Virus record (IMG/VR): IMGVR_UViG_3300028280_000511
Span: 1-25,665 of that record
Length of the DNA: 25,665 nucleotides
Origin: a virus
Lineage: Duplodnaviria; Caudoviricetes
Direction: 5' to 3' (one strand)
The translations under genes were made by a program, and so were the position numbers. The first letter of the stretch is position 1. Each line of letters opens with the position of its first letter. Shown piece by piece: positions 17,812 to 25,431 of this stretch. Under the pieces are notes generated by a model. It ran no database searches. It saw nothing but the letters and a program-made list of their open reading frames with translations, and was not told where the DNA came from.

Positions 17812-18228
17812 ATGGCACAAAGAAGTATTGACACTCTTGCACCTCAAAAGCATCTTATTGATCTCTCACCTAATAGTCAAGGTGATGTAGGTCTCTCAGA
17901 TGAGTTTGAACTTACAATGATTTTTGATGATATCCTATTAGTTGAATATGTTGATGATAATGACACAGGTGAAATTAAACGTAATGGTATTTTCGTACCT
18001 ACTAACGCATTAACAAAAGCTTGGCGTAAAGCTAAAGTTATTCTTGCTGGACCGAAAGCAGAATATACAAAGCCAGGAGATATTGTTATCTTTCCTAACA
18101 ATCTTGGCGTTACTGTTGCTAATATTGATGTGAATGGCTCTACAATAAAGAGAGGTATTTTTCTAAATGAAGATAGATTATTCGGTATTTGCAAAGTAAA
18201 GGATGATAATTCAAAGAGTAGCTCTTGA
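17812..18228 (+). CDS. Co-chaperonin GroES-like (T4 gp31 analogue)
   Basis: DDILLVE...GIFVP (mobile loop), AKVILAGP, KPGDIVIF, FLNEDRLFG. Confidence 0.8.
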   Translation: MAQRSIDTLAPQKHLIDLSPNSQGDVGLSDEFELTMIFDDILLVEYVDDNDTGEIKRNGIFVPTNALTKAWRKAKVILAGPKAEYTKPGDIVIFPNNLGVTVANIDVNGSTIKRGIFLNEDRLFGICKVKDDNSKSSS

Positions 18229-18577
18229 TTCACTACTACTTAAAAATGTATGTGAAATAAGATTTGTACGGCGCCGACCTCAAGCAGGTGATGGTCCTAC
18301 AAGGCGGATGCTATGTACTAAATCTTACGAGCTTTTAAACTCTGTTAACGGGCGGGTTACTTTAAACTACGCTCCGCCTAGCGGACCAAAAAAGATTAAC
18401 GAAGCAGCAGAAAATGTTTTAGTAGTATGGGATATTTTGATGCAAGATTATAGAACTATTAATATGAACTCTTGCGATTTAATTCAACAAATTCCAGATA
18501 AAGATTTTTGGGAATATTTTAATGAGAACATTTACCCAATGTCACCTGAGCAAAAATTTAACTTTATGAATTCATGA
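18203..18577 (+). CDS. SH3-like beta-barrel phage protein (DUF2693/WYL_2-like)
   Basis: L...VCEIRF.RR...RRMLCT...VVWDI...DYRTI. Confidence 0.55.
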   Translation: MIIQRVALDSLLLKNVCEIRFVRRRPQAGDGPTRRMLCTKSYELLNSVNGRVTLNYAPPSGPKKINEAAENVLVVWDILMQDYRTINMNSCDLIQQIPDKDFWEYFNENIYPMSPEQKFNFMNS

Positions 18578-18927
18578 ATGTATCCCTTGAAAATTTCTCC
18601 AATCATATAAAGCCATACCTTTTACAAGACGTTGCCATATGCACTGATCGTAAAATTATTAGAAAAGGTAAGCTAAGAATCTTTCAAATAAAACAACATT
18701 ATGCTAGATTAACTTTAGAGGATGAAGTAAGGACACGTATGTATGAAATTCCGTATCCGTTTGAAATAACTAAACGAGGATCGAAAACTATTCTTTGCTA
18801 CAAACTTAGTAAATTACTTAATTTTGGAGATTTAGATTTGCAGGTTAAGTTTTTAGATTCATCAAAGAAGTCTAAAATATACAATGAAAATTTGTATATA
18901 ATGCCACTACATGAAGTTGATTTATAG
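18574..18927 (+). CDS. Hypothetical protein
   Basis: 117-aa ORF coupled to the upstream gene by ATGA. No recognised motif. Confidence 0.6.
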   Translation: MNVSLENFSNHIKPYLLQDVAICTDRKIIRKGKLRIFQIKQHYARLTLEDEVRTRMYEIPYPFEITKRGSKTILCYKLSKLLNFGDLDLQVKFLDSSKKSKIYNENLYIMPLHEVDL

Positions 18928-18944
18928 GGTTGATAGACTATAAT
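18917..18944 (+). promoter_or_regulatory. Sigma70-like promoter for the helicase
   Basis: (AG)TTGATT-N16-TATAAT, 7 nt before GTG 18952. Confidence 0.7.
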
Positions 18945-18951
18945 GATATAG

Positions 18952-20580
18952 GTGATTAATAACTTATTGCAACAGTTTCCGAAAGGATACGATCCAAATT
19001 CGTCGCAAGTTAAACTCCTTAAGAGTATTGATGAGGCTTTTGAAACAGGTAGCAAATTTGTAGTATGTAACGCGCCTACAGGAAGTGGTAAAAGCTTTAT
19101 ATCAAAAACATTGGGTAATGTTGCTGACGAAAGTCCTGATGAGTTTCGTCAGTTAGTTACTTCATATGCTGCTTATAAGCGCACGCAGGGTGGTTATACA
19201 TACCAAGATGAGTGTGATGAAATGTCATCGTTTGGCTGCACTGCGTTGACTATTACAAAAGCATTACAAGATCAGTATAAAGAGTTATTTAAAGATACTG
19301 CAATTGTTAAAGGCAAGTCAAATTATCAATGTGCAATAGATGAGCGTTATCCTGTTGACGTAGCACCATGCCTACATTCTGCTAATTTAAAAGCGGATTG
19401 CTGGGCTAAAAATAAGTGTACATATTATGAAGCAAGAAATAAAGCTTTAGTATCACAGTTTAATACTTTAAACTATAATATGTTTTTCGCTCTACCTAAT
19501 CATCTTAAGAAGAGACAGTTTTTAATTTGTGATGAAGCGTCAGAGTTAGAGGATCAGTTAGTTAAAGAATTTACTTGTAAAATTGACTACAAGTTTCTTG
19601 CAAGAATGGATGTTGATATTAGACCATTAACTAAACGAATGCCGGCGGTTAAATGGTTAACGGAGCTGCAAATCGATCTTACCGATAAAATAGAAGAGAT
19701 TAAAGATATTCTTGCTGTCAAGAAGACAAATAATAAAAAGGCTATTCTAGATCTTACTACTAATATGCAACGTATAATGAACTTGCAAAGTAAAGTCGGG
19801 TTAGTTACCGATTCGTGGCAAGAGTCTGAGTACGTTTATGAAAAGGATGCTACAGGAATTACATTTATGCCGCTTAAGGTTAATAAGTTAGCATATAGAT
19901 TATTTGATTATGCTGATAAGGTAATCCTAATGTCAGCTACAATTATTGATCCAGATAATTTTTGTAAGTCTTTAGGAATTGAAGACTATAAATATGTCGA
20001 AGCTGAATCGACGTTTGACCCTAAAAAGGCTCCTATTGTTTGTAATCCAAAGTATAAGTTAAACTATCATACAATGGATAAGTACCTCCCTCGTATTATT
20101 AAACAGGTAGCAGAAATATGTAATCATCATGTAAACGATAAAGGTATTATTCACTCTCAAAATAATAATATTACAGCTAAATTAGGTACTATGTTATATG
20201 GAGATAGATTTTTATATCGCGAGCCTGGTATTAAGAATGAAGATATTCTAGATAAGCATATGGCTAGTGTAGATCCAACTGTGCTTGTATCACCGTCTAT
20301 GTCGTATGGCGTTGACTTAAAAGGAGATCTAGCGAAGTTTCAAATAATTATTAAAGCTCCTTTTTTACCTACTAAGGATGTTAGAATTGAACGAATGATG
20401 AAAAATGATTTTGATTGGTATCAAAATAAAATGTTATGCTCGTTGATTCAATCATGCGGAAGAGGTGTTAGATCTAAAAAGGATACATGCATTACATATA
20501 TACTGGATGGTACTATTGTGGATAGTATTTTACGGTCTAAACATAAGTTACCAAAATACTTCCTCGAAAGATTCGTTTAA
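18952..20580 (+). CDS. DinG/XPD-family SF2 helicase with Fe-S cysteines
   Basis: Q motif, APTGSGKS, KGKSNYQC...C...C...C, ICDEASE, LMSAT, GVDLKGD, QSCGRGVRS, YILD. Confidence 0.85.
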   Translation: MINNLLQQFPKGYDPNSSQVKLLKSIDEAFETGSKFVVCNAPTGSGKSFISKTLGNVADESPDEFRQLVTSYAAYKRTQGGYTYQDECDEMSSFGCTALTITKALQDQYKELFKDTAIVKGKSNYQCAIDERYPVDVAPCLHSANLKADCWAKNKCTYYEARNKALVSQFNTLNYNMFFALPNHLKKRQFLICDEASELEDQLVKEFTCKIDYKFLARMDVDIRPLTKRMPAVKWLTELQIDLTDKIEEIKDILAVKKTNNKKAILDLTTNMQRIMNLQSKVGLVTDSWQESEYVYEKDATGITFMPLKVNKLAYRLFDYADKVILMSATIIDPDNFCKSLGIEDYKYVEAESTFDPKKAPIVCNPKYKLNYHTMDKYLPRIIKQVAEICNHHVNDKGIIHSQNNNITAKLGTMLYGDRFLYREPGIKNEDILDKHMASVDPTVLVSPSMSYGVDLKGDLAKFQIIIKAPFLPTKDVRIERMMKNDFDWYQNKMLCSLIQSCGRGVRSKKDTCITYILDGTIVDSILRSKHKLPKYFLERFV

Positions 20581-20584
20581 GCAT

Positions 20585-20590
20585 TAAATA
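20585..20590 (+). promoter_or_regulatory. Late box TAAATA 6 nt before the gp15 ATG
   Basis: TAAATA-tataca-ATG. Confidence 0.65.
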
Positions 20591-20596
20591 TATACA

Positions 20597-21724
20597 ATGG
20601 TTAATTACACCTACAACTTTGAAGTTAAGGACCTCTTAACGCAGTTTGTAGCAGCTTTTGATGACACAGTTATTAAGCGCTATGACAAAAATAATAATGC
20701 GCGGCAGGAAATCGGTGTTAGATATGTGTTCGCTCCTAAGCAGCGAATAATGCATGATATAGTTAACAAAGCTAAGAATATAGAGCTTCCAGTTGTTGCT
20801 ATTAATTTAGCTAGCGTATCATATGATACAGAAAGAGTGTTTAATAAGCTTGATAATTTTGAAAATTATGCTAATGCTAATTCTGCTTCAGCTATTAGAA
20901 CACCTACACCAGTAAACTTGACTGTTAACATGTCTATACTTTGCAGATATATGCAAGATATGGATCAAATTATTTCCAACTTCGTACCATACACAGACCC
21001 GTATATAATTTTAACATGGAAAGAGCCGGTATCAGATAATGTTAATAATTCTATAGAAATTAGATCTGAAGTTTTATGGGATAAAACTATTAATTTAAAT
21101 ACTCCTACCGAAACAACATATAGTGATAAATTTAGAATTATTGCAGACACATCATTTACTATTAAGGGTTGGTTGTTTAGATCGAAAAATGAAAGATCTT
21201 CTCCAATCTACTTTATTGAAAATAATTTTATAAATGTAAGGCCAGACTTTAACTTTAATCAAGGTCTATCATCTCTAGAGTATGAGTCGTTCTATGATTC
21301 ATTAACATCAGTTGCAGATATAGAAACAATTTCATTATCAGGTATACCTGATATTACAAATGTTTACTTTAATACATCCGGTTCTTTATTACCAATTGAT
21401 AATCCTATCACAATTAAACGGAATTTATCATCTGGAGGAAGAAGTTATACTTTTTATGGTGATAACTATGATAGAACAGAGTTTATAATGCTCAGTTCAA
21501 ACAGCGCTATTACAACAGGTTTCACTGCAGTAAATACAACTTATACAGGTGAAGTGAGCGGCTACATTCTACCAAATAGTCAGTGGAATGTACTTAATAA
21601 TCAAATCCTTAACATCATGATGCCAGCTCTTACTGCTTCTGGTAAATTTGATGTTATTGTCAAAAACCAAGCGGGGTGGAAGACTTCAGCAGAAATAGAT
21701 GGCTTCCACTTCACCGCAGAATAA
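20597..21724 (+). CDS. Tail sheath stabiliser/terminator (T4 gp15-like) with a C-terminal Ig-like extension
   Basis: F...FDD..IKR, V.Y.FAPKQR, LP......SYD.ER, PTPVNL, DMDQII..F.PY, FTIKGWLF. About 150 extra C-terminal residues. Confidence 0.8.
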   Translation: MVNYTYNFEVKDLLTQFVAAFDDTVIKRYDKNNNARQEIGVRYVFAPKQRIMHDIVNKAKNIELPVVAINLASVSYDTERVFNKLDNFENYANANSASAIRTPTPVNLTVNMSILCRYMQDMDQIISNFVPYTDPYIILTWKEPVSDNVNNSIEIRSEVLWDKTINLNTPTETTYSDKFRIIADTSFTIKGWLFRSKNERSSPIYFIENNFINVRPDFNFNQGLSSLEYESFYDSLTSVADIETISLSGIPDITNVYFNTSGSLLPIDNPITIKRNLSSGGRSYTFYGDNYDRTEFIMLSSNSAITTGFTAVNTTYTGEVSGYILPNSQWNVLNNQILNIMMPALTASGKFDVIVKNQAGWKTSAEIDGFHFTAE

Positions 21725-21727
21725 ATA
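21722..21727 (+). promoter_or_regulatory. Late box TAAATA overlapping the gp15 stop, 7 nt before the portal ATG
   Basis: TAAATA-actaaag-ATG. Confidence 0.6.
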
Positions 21728-21734
21728 ACTAAAG

Positions 21735-23516
21735 ATGGCTGATACTTCTCCAACAAATGACGGTAGAGCTGCTACGTTTGGCAGAAATCTAGTGAGTTAT
21801 ATCTCAAATAGATTACCGTACGCTAGTCAACAAGATGATGAACTTAATACGAAGTATAAGTACTTTGCAAAGCATGGTACGCAGAGAGCTGAAGCGTTAG
21901 CGAAAGCATCTGTTACATCTTCAAATCCATACAATAATATACCTATAGGTGATTTTGGTAAAGATGGTTCTTTCCAGGATGTAATGTATGCATCTTTAGA
22001 TACTAATAAGAGCGGTCGACTACGAGACTATCGTATTATGGCAGCTTATTCTGAAGTATCAGATGCTTTAGATGAAATTTGTGATGAATGTGTTAATGTT
22101 GACGAAAATGGTCGCGCAGCTAAAGTTCATTATGAAAATATTGATCTTTCTGTAGATGATAAAAAGGGGTTAGATGAAGAGTTTGATAAATATATTGATT
22201 TTTTCGAACTTAGATCAAAAGGTTGGCAGTATTTCCGACAGCTTTTAGTTGAAGGTGAAGTCTTTTTTGAACTTATTTTACATGAAAATTATACACGAGA
22301 AGGTGTATTAGGGTTAATGAATATTCCTGCGGAAATTGTCGATCCTGTTTATAACAATATTCAAAATATGCTTGTTAAAGGGTATATTTACAAAAAGCCA
22401 ATTTTTAGTACCACTCAACCAGATAAAATTGAAAAGACTGAAATGATTCCAATGGAGCAAAATCAGTTAATTTATGCAAATTCAGGCGTGTATAACGATA
22501 CAAAAGATTTTGTAGTACCGTTTTTAGAGAATGCGCGTCGACCATATCGTCAGCTATCCTTAATTGAAGATGCAATCGTCATTTACCGACTAGTGAGAGC
22601 TCCAGAGCGTCTAGTATTTAACGTTGATGTTGGTAACATGGCTCCTCCTAAAGCAGAAGCTTATTTACGCAAGCTTATTCAGAATTACTGGTCTAAAAAG
22701 ACGTTCGATAACGATCAAAGCAGTGTAGTTAATAAGTTCAACCCACAATCTATGCTTGATGCATTCTGGTTTGCTAAGCGTCAAGGTTCTGAGGGTACTT
22801 CTGTTACTCAGCTTCCTGGTGGTGCTAACCTTGGTGAGTTATCAGATTTAATGTACTTTATTAAGAAGCTTTACCGTTCTCTTAAAGTGCCTGCAACGCG
22901 TATTGATCCGGAAGATCGTACAGTTGATCCATCAAGTATTTTACGCGAAGAACTTAAGTTTGCAAAGTTTATTATTCGTCAGCAGCAACGATTTGCAACT
23001 GCTATTAAAAGAGGTTTTATTACACATCTTAAATTACGAGGTTTATGGGAAGAGTTAGAGTTGTGTGAAACTAATCTGGAGATTATTTTCAATCCCCCAA
23101 CTAACTATTTTGAAATGCGTGAAGCTCAAAAGCTTGAGCTTAAAGCTGCTAACTTTAATACACTTGCAAGTAACGAATTTATATCTGTTACTTATGCTCA
23201 GAAAAAATATCTTGGTTGGAAGGATCGCGATATTCTTGCTAACAGAGAGTTCCTTCGTAAAGATGCAGAAATGCAATGGGAGTTATCTCAGATTCAAGCT
23301 GCGGGTCCAATGTGGAAAGAGCAGCTAGCTGCCACTGCTGGAGCTGAAGCAGAAATTGGCGGTGAAGGTGGTGGTGTTGCTGGTGGTGGTGGTGATGCAG
23401 GCGGTATTCCTGAGTTTGGTGGCGGTGGCGCAGCAGATACAGGAGAAGCTGATGCAGGTGCAGAAGAGCTTGATGCCGCAGTTGAGCCAGGCCCAGATGC
23501 AGGGGCTGATATCTAA
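21735..23516 (+). CDS. Portal protein (T4 gp20-like)
   Basis: YRIMA...EV..ALDEI, QLSLIEDAIVIYRLVRAPERLVFNVDVGNM, SMLDAFW, LPGGANLG, LYRSLKVP, REELKF. Confidence 0.95.
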   Translation: MADTSPTNDGRAATFGRNLVSYISNRLPYASQQDDELNTKYKYFAKHGTQRAEALAKASVTSSNPYNNIPIGDFGKDGSFQDVMYASLDTNKSGRLRDYRIMAAYSEVSDALDEICDECVNVDENGRAAKVHYENIDLSVDDKKGLDEEFDKYIDFFELRSKGWQYFRQLLVEGEVFFELILHENYTREGVLGLMNIPAEIVDPVYNNIQNMLVKGYIYKKPIFSTTQPDKIEKTEMIPMEQNQLIYANSGVYNDTKDFVVPFLENARRPYRQLSLIEDAIVIYRLVRAPERLVFNVDVGNMAPPKAEAYLRKLIQNYWSKKTFDNDQSSVVNKFNPQSMLDAFWFAKRQGSEGTSVTQLPGGANLGELSDLMYFIKKLYRSLKVPATRIDPEDRTVDPSSILREELKFAKFIIRQQQRFATAIKRGFITHLKLRGLWEELELCETNLEIIFNPPTNYFEMREAQKLELKAANFNTLASNEFISVTYAQKKYLGWKDRDILANREFLRKDAEMQWELSQIQAAGPMWKEQLAATAGAEAEIGGEGGGVAGGGGDAGGIPEFGGGGAADTGEADAGAEELDAAVEPGPDAGADI

Positions 23517-23520
23517 GCAT

Positions 23521-23552
23521 AAAAAAAGCCGCTCCTAGGAGCGGCCTTGTTT
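23521..23552 (-). terminator. Intrinsic terminator (likely bidirectional) between the portal gene and the small minus-strand gene
   Basis: GCCGCTC-CTAG-GAGCGGC (23528-23545). The A7 at 23521-23527 is the U-tract for the minus strand, and CTTGTTT follows on the plus strand. Confidence 0.85.
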
Positions 23553-23564
23553 AGTTAATATTTA

Positions 23565-23744
23565 TTATAGGCTATCGTCCCAAACCAATATAAGGTTAGA
23601 GCCACGATTTTCTAAAATTTGTGTGAGTACAGCACCACTTGTAGGTACTACAGTAGTATTGATAAAATTTGCGAGGTAAGCTTCAGTGTAACGACCATCT
23701 GGTTGCCCACTTGTTGCTGGAACTATAGTTACTTGATAAGCCAT
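23565..23744 (-). CDS. Small 59-aa late protein, not in the ORF track
   Basis: MAYQVTIVPATSGQPDGRYTEAYLANFINTTVVPTSGAVLTQILENRGSNLILVWDDSL. It has its own TAAATA box and terminator. Confidence 0.75.
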   Translation of the reverse strand: MAYQVTIVPATSGQPDGRYTEAYLANFINTTVVPTSGAVLTQILENRGSNLILVWDDSL

Positions 23745-23749
23745 ATCAA

Positions 23750-23755
23750 TATTTA
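23750..23755 (-). promoter_or_regulatory. Late box TAAATA 5 nt before ATG 23744
   Basis: Minus strand reads TAAATA-ttgat-ATG. Confidence 0.65.
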
Positions 23756-23810
23756 ATACTTTGTATCTTATATACCATAACTTTTAGGTACCTTTTTTGA
23801 GATAGTAGAT

Positions 23811-23816
23811 TAAATA
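23811..23816 (+). promoter_or_regulatory. Late box TAAATA 5 nt before the gp13 ATG
   Basis: TAAATA-attgt-ATG. Confidence 0.65.
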
Positions 23817-23821
23817 ATTGT

Positions 23822-24973
23822 ATGGCATCTGCATGTGAAATAACACCTCTTTCAGCTTTCTTGTCAACTAATCTTAATAATAAAATTGAAACGTTTACTA
23901 GATTAGGTGATAGAATTAAAAGAGCTTTAGGCTACCCTGTCGTATCTCTGGAGATACATTCTGACCAGCTTAATGAAAATATTCAGATTGCAATTGAATA
24001 TTATACTCGTTTCGCTGGCTATACCCGAGAGTATATGATTTTTGATTCTAACTTATATGAACCTAATAAAGGTATACGATTAGATCTCCTCTATACCCTT
24101 GCGAATACTGACTTAGATACAACTGCTAAAAAAATTGCAGGTACCAATCCACTAGGACCAAGTTCAGAGTTTTATGGTGAGACTCCGGATATTGTTTATA
24201 CTGCTGAATCAGATGTATTATCATCTGTGTTTGCGAGTTCATCTGCCTTATCGGCAGACTTTACAGATGGTGTTAATGAGGGAGAATTATTTGATCACAC
24301 ACTTGTTAATACATTAACAACCTTTGACGAATCTCTATCTGGTACGTTTGTTGCCAATCAAAGGCGTACATTATCACGTGGAGGGTCTACTAGTAGTATG
24401 ACAACGTATCAAAATGTATATGATTATGATATAATGGATTACAGAAAGGTTATAGCTGTTACTGACTTTGAAGAAGGTTCAAATACTGGTATTAATACAT
24501 TATTTACGTTAGAGCAGACTATGGCACAACAAACATACTTCTCATATGCTATGGGTAATTATGGATTTGATTTGGTATCTTGGTATACTCTTAAAGAGTT
24601 TATTGATACTCGTGAAAAAATGCTAGCACTTAAACGTGATCTCGTATTCGATGAGCGTTCTCAATATCTGAAAATTTATCCGCAACCAAAGCATGAGCGC
24701 TTTTACGGTGTAGTTTCTACTTACTTAGAACGGTCGATTCGCGATGTAATCAAAGAGCAGTGGGTATATGAGTATGCATTAGCTTTATCAATGATTACTA
24801 TCGGACGTGTGAGAGGTAAATTTGGCCAGGTTAGTTTACTAGGTGGCGGTGCTCTTAATTATGACTTATTGCAAGAAGGTCAACAACGTAAAGCTGAGCT
24901 TGAAGAAGAGCTTATGACCGGAGCAACATCTGGATTTGGTAGTAACGATCCTGTTGGATTTATTGTTGGTTGA
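23822..24973 (+). CDS. Neck protein (T4 gp13-like)
   Basis: IKRALGYPVVSLEI..DQL...I..AIEYY, FDLVSWY, WVYEYALAL....GRVRGKF...LLGG..LN. Confidence 0.85.
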   Translation: MASACEITPLSAFLSTNLNNKIETFTRLGDRIKRALGYPVVSLEIHSDQLNENIQIAIEYYTRFAGYTREYMIFDSNLYEPNKGIRLDLLYTLANTDLDTTAKKIAGTNPLGPSSEFYGETPDIVYTAESDVLSSVFASSSALSADFTDGVNEGELFDHTLVNTLTTFDESLSGTFVANQRRTLSRGGSTSSMTTYQNVYDYDIMDYRKVIAVTDFEEGSNTGINTLFTLEQTMAQQTYFSYAMGNYGFDLVSWYTLKEFIDTREKMLALKRDLVFDERSQYLKIYPQPKHERFYGVVSTYLERSIRDVIKEQWVYEYALALSMITIGRVRGKFGQVSLLGGGALNYDLLQEGQQRKAELEEELMTGATSGFGSNDPVGFIVG

Positions 24974-25410
24974 TGAATAAGAATAAAAAATATCGTCAAG
25001 GATTATTTGTACCTAATAATAAAGATAAATTTATTGGGGAACGAGCAGTATATAGATCTGGTTTAGAGTTAAAATTTTTTAGATTTTGCGATAATAATCC
25101 TAAAGTGCTAAGGTGGGGCTCTGAAAATATTAAGATACCATACTATAACCCTCTAACTAAAAGAACGCATAGATATCATATAGATAATTATGTTGTTATT
25201 AAGGAGGGTGACAAAATTACAAAATATTGTGTTGAGATTAAACCATATAAGCAAACAAAACCACCCACTACAAAATATAGGAAACGAGAGCACCTATTGT
25301 ACGAGCAAAAACAATATGTAACTAACCAAGCTAAGTGGGCAGCTGCAAGAAAATATTGTGATGGTCGCAACTATAAATTTTTAATTTTAACAGAAAATGA
25401 GATTTCATAA
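24973..25410 (+). CDS. Head completion nuclease (T4 gp4-like, TnsA-type fold)
   Basis: YRQGLF.P.N.DK..G, YRSGLELKF..FCD.NP.V..WGSE, IPY, VEIKPYKQT, NQAKWAAA, ILTE. TGATG coupling to gp13. Confidence 0.88.
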   Translation: MNKNKKYRQGLFVPNNKDKFIGERAVYRSGLELKFFRFCDNNPKVLRWGSENIKIPYYNPLTKRTHRYHIDNYVVIKEGDKITKYCVEIKPYKQTKPPTTKYRKREHLLYEQKQYVTNQAKWAAARKYCDGRNYKFLILTENEIS

Positions 25411-25420
25411 GCTTTTGACA

Positions 25421-25426
25421 TAAATA
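25421..25426 (+). promoter_or_regulatory. Late box TAAATA 5 nt before the gp21 ATG
   Basis: TAAATA-tacgt-ATG. Confidence 0.65.
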
Positions 25427-25431
25427 TACGT

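Noticed and set aside
23055-23538. Overlapping ORFs 23055-23276, 23065-23328, 23239-23520 and 23356-23538, including a His-rich one
   Set aside because: These are shadow frames of the portal gene, largely of its GC-rich GGT-repeat tail. They have no promoter box or recognisable motif.
337-25370. Other short (60-118 aa) ORFs nested in or antisense to recognised genes (e.g. 337-546, 2737-2955, 8647-8829, 17877-18233, 18798-19055)
   Set aside because: They lie within or across well-supported CDSs and show typical off-frame composition.
24973-25410. TnsA-like nuclease as evidence of a transposon or homing element
   Set aside because: Its motifs and position among head genes match the T4 gp4 head-completion protein. 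No terminal repeats or transposase partners are present.
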